64,000 bases of DNA, from the NCBI GenBank assembly GCA_963772725.1, contig CAVYYI010000005.1, positions 32,001-96,000 on the forward strand, written 5' to 3'. Origin of the DNA: an uncultured Phycisphaerales bacterium (GTDB lineage Bacteria; Planctomycetota; Phycisphaerae; Sedimentisphaerales; Anaerobacaceae). The position numbers were made by a program, and so were the translations under genes. A model generated the notes under the pieces. The model was not told the DNA's origin, did no database searches, and saw only the letters and a program-made list of their open reading frames with translations. Below, one piece after another: positions 57,288-64,000 of the stretch. Position 1 is the first letter of the stretch. Every line of letters begins with the position of its first letter.

Positions 57288-57773
57288 ATGAAACACATAA
57301 TAAGCGCATTAGTTGAAAATAAACCCGGCGTTCTGGCACACGTCGCCGGCATGTTCGCCGCAAGGGCATTTAACATCGATTCACTGGTTGTCGGCAGAAC
57401 CGAAGACCCCGCCCTCAGCCGTATGACCATCGTTGTCATCGGCGATGACCGGGTCGTCGAGCAGGTCCGCAAGCAGTTAGCAAAAATAATCCCCGTCGTC
57501 AAAGTCCAGGACTTTGTCGGTCAACCCGTCGTCGCGCGAGATATGATGCTGATAGTGATTTCCGCGCCGCCCGAAAAACGCCCGGAAATTGTTTCGCTTA
57601 TCGAGATATTCCAAGGCAAGGTTGTCGATATTGGCCAGAAGTTTGTTACCGTTGAAATCAGCGGCCCAGAGGCAAAAATTGAGGCCTTCATCAACGTCTG
57701 CAAACCCTACGGCATAAAAAGCGTAGCCCGAACCGGAACCATAGCCATGCCCCGCCAGGAAACTGAAGTCTAA
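57288..57773 (+). CDS. ilvN: Acetolactate synthase small subunit
   Basis: ACT domain ENKPGVL...NIDSL, SRMTI and ARTG. Confidence 0.93.
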   Translation: MKHIISALVENKPGVLAHVAGMFAARAFNIDSLVVGRTEDPALSRMTIVVIGDDRVVEQVRKQLAKIIPVVKVQDFVGQPVVARDMMLIVISAPPEKRPEIVSLIEIFQGKVVDIGQKFVTVEISGPEAKIEAFINVCKPYGIKSVARTGTIAMPRQETEV

Positions 57774-59148
57774 AAATCAAAATGGGTCGCTCTTTAATTA
57801 CAGACAATCGTGCAATCGTGGAATCAGGCTGATTTCTTTCCTTTATAAATGCTCACGGCAGCGCCGCATAAAAGCAGGACAAAACTCAATACGACAAAAC
57901 CCCACGACGACATTTCGGTAGCAAATATGTAGAGTTTTCGAATCAGCGGTATGCAAATTATGGCAATAACAAAGTAGTCTGATGTTCGAAGCCAAATCGC
58001 GGCACATAAAACAACTATCGCGGCGGCTGTCCAGATGTCTCTGGTTCCCAGAGAGGTTGGGAGATAATCGAAGATACATGCCATAAGCATAAGAGCGCCG
58101 AGAATGGCGGCTATCTTAGGTAATTTTTTGAGAAAGCCCAGATACAGACCAATTATGCCGATGCCGCCAATTCCCATGCCGAGCGTAACTGTAGAGTGAT
58201 GATGCCTGATGGCGAATCTTTCCAATGCGTCAGTCCCGCAGATGCCAGCGGTGAGGATAAGCACCGCTATAAAACAGAGATCCACGTTTTTACGAATAAT
58301 ACCGAGAATAAAAAGGGTCCCGATAAGGGCGGCGGCAAAAACATGCCAGTTTAGGCCGACATTTGAATCCGGTGAAAAACCTGAGGTCAGAATACAACCG
58401 AGCGCATAAGCGAAGACAACATAGAAAAGGCGATTCCAGCGATGCAAAAAACTTAGCTTAAGAATCCCTATGCCTGTTAACCCAAGGACAATTGTGGGAT
58501 TCCCAAAAAAGTCAAGGCCGAACTCTCGAGAGGTTGTAACCGATTTTGTAAGCACCGCATATATCATAAATGCCAAAGGCACAAGAGAAACGAATACTTC
58601 CGCAGCGCCGAATTTTTTACCCATGTGGCGCATCAACTCAAGCAGCAAAATTGAGACTACACTTAGCAAAGGGACAAAATCACCAAGTGTTTTGTTAACG
58701 GCAAACATATATGACAATGCATACTGGTGCAGAGCGGAGGCAGCCAAAAGAATGAGGCAGAATATCCATACTATTGGCAAAGTATGAAGCAAGGGGACAG
58801 GATTATTTTTATCTTCCCTGACCATAGGTTTTCTTAGGGCGGCATCTACGATGAAGATTATTGCCGAGACGAGCAAGACCAGCCACGCAATCAGCCAGGA
58901 ATTTCTGAGAAAAGTATCGTTTGCTTCGCGTGCCATAAGAAATTTAGTAATAATCGAAGATGCAAGAAAATTCCATATCAGAATTGTCGCGATTCCAAAT
59001 AAAGAGATTCCCGTGAACGGAATAAGCAGGAATTTTCGCATGACTGCCAGCTTTATTAGTCCCAGAATTAAACATCCAAATCCTATATAGATACAAACAA
59101 CAGGGTTATGATAAGCGGCGGCGCCAAGAGTGACGCCGTTACCTATCA

Positions 59149-60159
59149 ACCTGAACTTTGGATAAGGATACAAGAAAAACGGCCTATCTGCCGATGGGAA
59201 TAATAGTTTTGTACAATATTATTAACCCAGCAGGCAAGGAGGCCGTATGACAGCGGATTTTACCAGATTATTTGTGGATGTCGATGATTGTTGGAAAGCT
59301 TTTGAAAAAATGTATGCAAAGCACCTCATAGAAGATGGAACACGTAAACGCAACAGGCAAGGCAACTTAAGTACCAGCGAGATCATGACTATTCTTATTG
59401 CCTTCCAAACCAGCGGCTATCGCACTTTCAAGGATTTCTATCACTACCTTCTTGCCCATCACCGCCATGATTTTCCCGATATGGTCAGCTACGACCGCTT
59501 TGTTTATCTGATACCAAGGGCAATAATCCCGCTGCTTGTATATTTGCAAACCGATGGCATGGATCAGCCCACGGGTATTTCTTTTATTGACAGCACCGCA
59601 CTTAAAGTCTGTCATAATAAACGTATCAGCCGCAACCGTGTTTTCGACGGGCTTGCTCAAATAGGTAAAACAACGATGGGCTGGTTTTTTGGCTTTAAAT
59701 TGCATCTGATCATTAATGACCGCGGCGGTTTATTGGGCTGCCGCCTGACAGCAGGTAATGTCGATGATCGCAGCACGGTGGAGACAATGGCCGACGGCCT
59801 GTTCGGAAAGCTATTTGGCGACAAGGGTTACATCAGCCAGAGCCTGTTTGAAAAACTGTTGGCCAAGGGAATTAAGCTGGTAACCAATATGCGTGCAAAT
59901 ATGAAATGCCGTTTGATGGAGTTGGAGGATAAAATCCTGCTGCGAAAGCGTTCATTGATTGAAACGGTCAATGACACACTCAAAAATGTCTGTCAGATCG
60001 AACATTCACGTCACCGCAGCCCGATCAACTTTCTGGCACATTTGATAGCCGGCCTTATAGCCTATACGAGACTGCCGAAAAAGCCTTCGCTCAAAATCGA
60101 AAACGTCAGCTACCAGCCTAGAGAATTTCTTTGCATCACAGCTTAAACAAAGTTCAGGT
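59149..60159 (+). mobile_element. IS982-family insertion sequence, copy 2
   Basis: Same TIRs as copy 1; target duplication TATCA (59144-59148/60160-60164). Confidence 0.92.
59247..60146 (+). CDS. IS982-family DDE transposase
   Basis: 299 aa, close paralogue of 32011-32910. Confidence 0.92.
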   Translation: MTADFTRLFVDVDDCWKAFEKMYAKHLIEDGTRKRNRQGNLSTSEIMTILIAFQTSGYRTFKDFYHYLLAHHRHDFPDMVSYDRFVYLIPRAIIPLLVYLQTDGMDQPTGISFIDSTALKVCHNKRISRNRVFDGLAQIGKTTMGWFFGFKLHLIINDRGGLLGCRLTAGNVDDRSTVETMADGLFGKLFGDKGYISQSLFEKLLAKGIKLVTNMRANMKCRLMELEDKILLRKRSLIETVNDTLKNVCQIEHSRHRSPINFLAHLIAGLIAYTRLPKKPSLKIENVSYQPREFLCITA

Positions 60160-60717
60160 TATCAGGAACAACGCCACTAATATAAGCAGGGATATGGCAT
60201 CATCCGTAACGTTTCGCCAAAGCACTATTGTGACCATAACCCCAAGCAGCGCCAACTCGTAAATATTCAGTGTCAATATGAAAGGAAGTGCCTGGCTTAA
60301 CTCGCTGCTTTTTACAAGTTGATATCCCATGACCTGAGAAATGCCGTAAATGATTGAAAGGGCACTGAGACAGTATAGAATACTGCCGCCAGTTAGGCTT
60401 AAGAATTTTTTACAGAACTGTGTAAATTCGGTGAAGGTCAAACCGGGGGGAGTTGTCCGCATAGTGGCGGCGTTAAATGTCAAAATAAATTCCGGCGGTT
60501 TGGATTGGGATTCGCCATTGCTTTTACCGGTTACGTCAAAGTTATCCATATAACCTCCTTGTACTTTTTATAGATTGTATATTTTCTTTGTTTGACGACT
60601 TGAATTGTACTAAGTTGATTCAAAAAGACAAGAAGAATTTGGAATGAGCACCGATTGGCGATTTATGTTTTTCGATTGCGAGGGGAATGACAGAAATATA
60701 TTTGCCCGCAAAAAATT

Positions 60718-62267
60718 CTATCGATTGTCAACGTTGTTATATTTATTCGAAGAGGAGGCAAGTTCCTGCATCTGAGGGTGAATGGTTTTTAATATTTTAC
60801 GAAAGTGAAATCCGAATATGGAAAAGCGAACAGCAAGGGGCAAACGGCGGGGGTTTCTCAGTGACCAGAGTATAAGCATCCAATAGTGTATTTTGCCCTT
60901 TTCTATTATGCCGATTTGCCACATTGACCCGAAAAACGCCTTAATGTCGCGGTATCGCAGTTTAAGCCGCGGTTTGTTCCTGAAATTGTAGTTCTCAAGA
61001 AACGTTTTGATGCGTTTGCAGTAGTATTTCTGTGAGTAGATAGTATTGAGGACTTTCTGATAACCGCCGAGAAGTTCGTGAACATTCATCCGAGGAATAA
61101 AATTCATAGTGCAGTCCATATTGTCTCCTGTCGGCGGAGTTGTCAATCTGTTTTCGCTCATCAGCTTCTTATAGAGTTTTGTTCCGCGAGGGGCGTTGAG
61201 CAGTCCGACCATCGCGGTAACGACGCCGCTATCCTGAATCAGGCTTATCATTTTGTCAAATACACCCGGCTTATCGTTGTCAAAACCGACAATAAAGCCG
61301 GCCTGCACCTGCATACCGAACTGCTGTATCTTTTTGACAGCAGCGACAATGTCGCGTCCGGTGTTTTGTGTTTTGTTGCATTCGGCCAGAGCTTGATTCG
61401 TTCGGAGATTCGATGCCGATAAATACGCAATCGAAACCGGCTCTGACCATCATGGTCATAAGCTCCTCGTCATCCACCAGGTCGATAGAGGTCTGCGTAT
61501 TAAAGGAGAAGGGGTGTTTTCTTTTATCCATCCAGTTTATAATCGCCGGGAGCAATTCTTTTTTCAGCTGCTGGCGTTTTCCTATAAAATTATCGTCCAC
61601 AAAAAACACGTCGCCTCGCCATTTATGAAGATAAAGGCTTTCAAGCTCATCGATTATCTGGCTGGTTGTTTTTGTACGCACCTTATGGCCGAGAGAAGCT
61701 GTAATATCGCAAAAATCACAATTAAACGGACATCCACGGGAATATTGAATGCCCATCATGGCATATTTTTTCATGTTAATTAAATCCCACTGCGGGATTG
61801 GCGTATCTTTGAGGTCTGGTTTTTCGCGAGTGGTATAAAAGGGTTCGGGGCATCCTTTTTCAAGGTCGCTTAAAAAAGCAGGCAGCGTGATTTCCGCTTC
61901 TTTCAGTACGAGATGGTCAATATTCAAATATGCTCCGGGAAACGCGGTAAACAGCGGTCCTCCGGCGACGATTTTTGCGTTCAGTTTCTTACAGCGTTCG
62001 ATAATCTGAGTCGACCGAATTTTTCTGAATTACCATGCCTGTTATGAATACATAGTCCGCCCAGAGGATATCCCGGTCATGCAGAGCGGTTACGTTCATA
62101 TCAACCAGTTTTTTCTCAAAAGATTCCGGCAGCATTGCGGCAACGGTAAGCAGCCCAAGAGGCGGAAGAAGCGCATTTTTGGAAATGAACTTTAGGGCAG
62201 TTTTCAAACTCCAGAAAGTGTTCGGCACTTCCGGATTTACAAGCAGGATTTTCAATTTTTTATTCAT
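60718..62267 (-). CDS. B12-binding radical SAM protein (DUF4070-type; frameshifts near 62010 and 61390)
   Basis: Motifs PPLGLLTVAAML, SRGCPFNCDFC, FFVDDNFIG, FIGIES and GFIVGFDND. Confidence 0.88.
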
Positions 62268-62542
62268 ACTTATAGTCAATAAAAATAAAGATAATACTTT
62301 TGCGGCTTCTTACGTTGAACTGTATGCTAACATCGGTAACGTTTGGAGCTGAATCGGTCATAGTTCCTTTAACCTCGATGCGGCTTAATCTTCTCTTCCA
62401 AATTTAATATAATCAAGCATATTTGTCAACAACTCTTTTTTTAAACTCATCAAAGATTTATCTCTCCGTGTCGCTCACTGTTGACACTTGATAGATTATG
62501 AATAAGTGCAGCGGCTATTGCGGTCCAAGCGAGTTTGATAAC

Positions 62543-62789
62543 TTATTTCAAAATTGACATTCTTTGTATCTGGTCTTTGCGAATCTCGTACTCTCTCTGG
62601 TCAATTTTGCCATCCTTGAGGTCTTGTTCAATTCTTTTCATTTCTCTGTCGGCAACATATTCATAACCACCACCGGCGGCAACCGCTCCGCCGCAGCTCC
62701 CAGCCTGCAGTTCCCCATTTGCTTTCACATCCGCCGGACATCAAAAACAGAGAAAGCACAAACATTACGGTTAATAAAACCCTCTTCAT
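62543..62789 (-). CDS. Small lipoprotein with Gly-zipper and SHOCT-like tail (frameshift near 62700)
   Basis: AGGAG RBS; signal MKRVLLTVMFVLSLFLMSGGC; GAVAAGGGY...GKIDQREYE. Confidence 0.6.
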
Positions 62790-62950
62790 ACAATTCTCCT
62801 TATTTATAAAAAAAAGCCTTTTGTAAAATTCATAAATATTTGTTAAATAACGACTTATGTCATTATTTTTCTTGCAATCTCCTCCATTTTGGATATTATG
62901 TAAGCGTTGTCAGTAAAAGGACTTACAACCAAAATAAAGGAGATTTTTTT

Positions 62951-64000
62951 ATGTACCACGTTCAAACGTCACTATTTTATGACCTCCAGGAGCTTGTCAG
63001 AAATTCATCGCTGCTGCGAAAGTACTTCTATCTCTTTCAGGCTCTCGATATTTCCATTCTGCCCGACAGAAACTTCGGTGTCGGCAGAACAGGTCACTCA
63101 CGACATGCCATCCTGAGAGGCACTCATCGTCAAACATCTTCAGCAAATAAAATCTGTCCCTGAGCTTATCGAATATCTTCAAGCCAATCCGCCTCTGCTG
63201 GAACTGTGCGGCTTTACGCTCGGGAATATGCCGGACGAATCCCAATTCTATCGTTTCTTGGCAGATACCGATAACTCTGTTCTCAAAGAAATTCATTACC
63301 GTCTAAATCAGCGGCTTATCGAACAGGGATTAGTCAGCCTTGATACCTTGATCATTGACTCCAAACCTGTTATGGCTGCCACAAAAGAAAATAATCTCAA
63401 AAATCCCGCCCGAAACACCACCGATAAAACCAAGACGCCCACTCGAAATCCTGCTGCAACATTGAGCTATTATTCTTGTCAGGTCCTCAACGGCAAAAAG
63501 GAAAACATGCTGTTCTTCTGGGGATACAGGACACATGTCATAATCTCAAAACAAGGAATATCGCTTGTTGAAATAACTCTGCCAAACAACACCACAGACC
63601 AGCAGGTTGCCTTCAAGCTGCTTAAAGAACTCAAACGCAGATACAGGGTCAGAAAAGGCTTTCTGTTTCTTGCGGATAAGGCCTACGATGTCAGAGACCT
63701 GTACACCTTTATAGTTGGAAAGATGAAGGGAAACCCATATATCCCAATCAACCCAAGAAATCAGAAAGATGACAAGACTTTTGGCCCTCACGGCTGTCCC
63801 ATCTGTGATGCTGGTCTTGAAATGAGGTCGACCGGAAGATGGACCGAGGGCAATCGTGAACGCATCAAGTTTCGCTGCCCCTTAAAGGTCAGCAAAAAGA
63901 CTGCTGAAAAACTTAGTAACACCTGTCCGGTAAACCTTCCATCCTTCAATACCGGCAAATGCTACGGCTGTACCAAGTACATTGATATCACTGAAGATGC
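62951..64000 (+). mobile_element. DDE transposase (IS4/IS5/IS1182-like superfamily), frameshifted, running off the window
   Basis: ELCGF..GNMPDESQFYRF, IIDSKP, FWGYRTH, ADKAYD and a Cys-rich C-terminal part; frame changes near 63120 and 63548. Confidence 0.8.

Larger units (their letters stand above)
57824..60549 (-). pseudogene. Polytopic membrane protein gene interrupted by IS982 copy 2
   Basis: Removing the IS and one TATCA restores ...VALFLI-GNGVTL... in frame. Confidence 0.85.

Overview
This is a bacterial chromosomal window of roughly 45% GC by eye. Gene style suggests a Planctomycete, possibly Phycisphaerae; this is inference only. It is mostly housekeeping genes: rmuC, a GT4-GH57-CBM48 glycogen-type cluster, HU/IHF, sod, folE, pepA, prfB (programmed +1 frameshift), a dtxR-feoAB iron module, aceEF, archease-rtcB, hemW, trxB, psd-pssA, gyrB, an ECF sigma/giant anti-sigma pair, dapB, a phosphomannomutase, ilvBN and a B12-radical SAM gene. 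Accessory features are a ~7.7 kb putative island at tRNA-Pro(GGG) bounded by a 10-bp direct repeat, two complete IS982-family copies with 5-bp target duplications (one splits a membrane-protein gene), a third IS at the right edge, two MITE-like elements built around a shared palindromic unit, and scattered 7-8-mer tandem repeats. Many conserved genes carry small frameshifts, most likely long-read assembly errors. The best candidate for something undescribed is a ~240-nt leader RNA with possible pseudoknots, lying between a near-consensus sigma70 promoter and ilvB. All family calls come from recognising motifs by eye; no searches were run.
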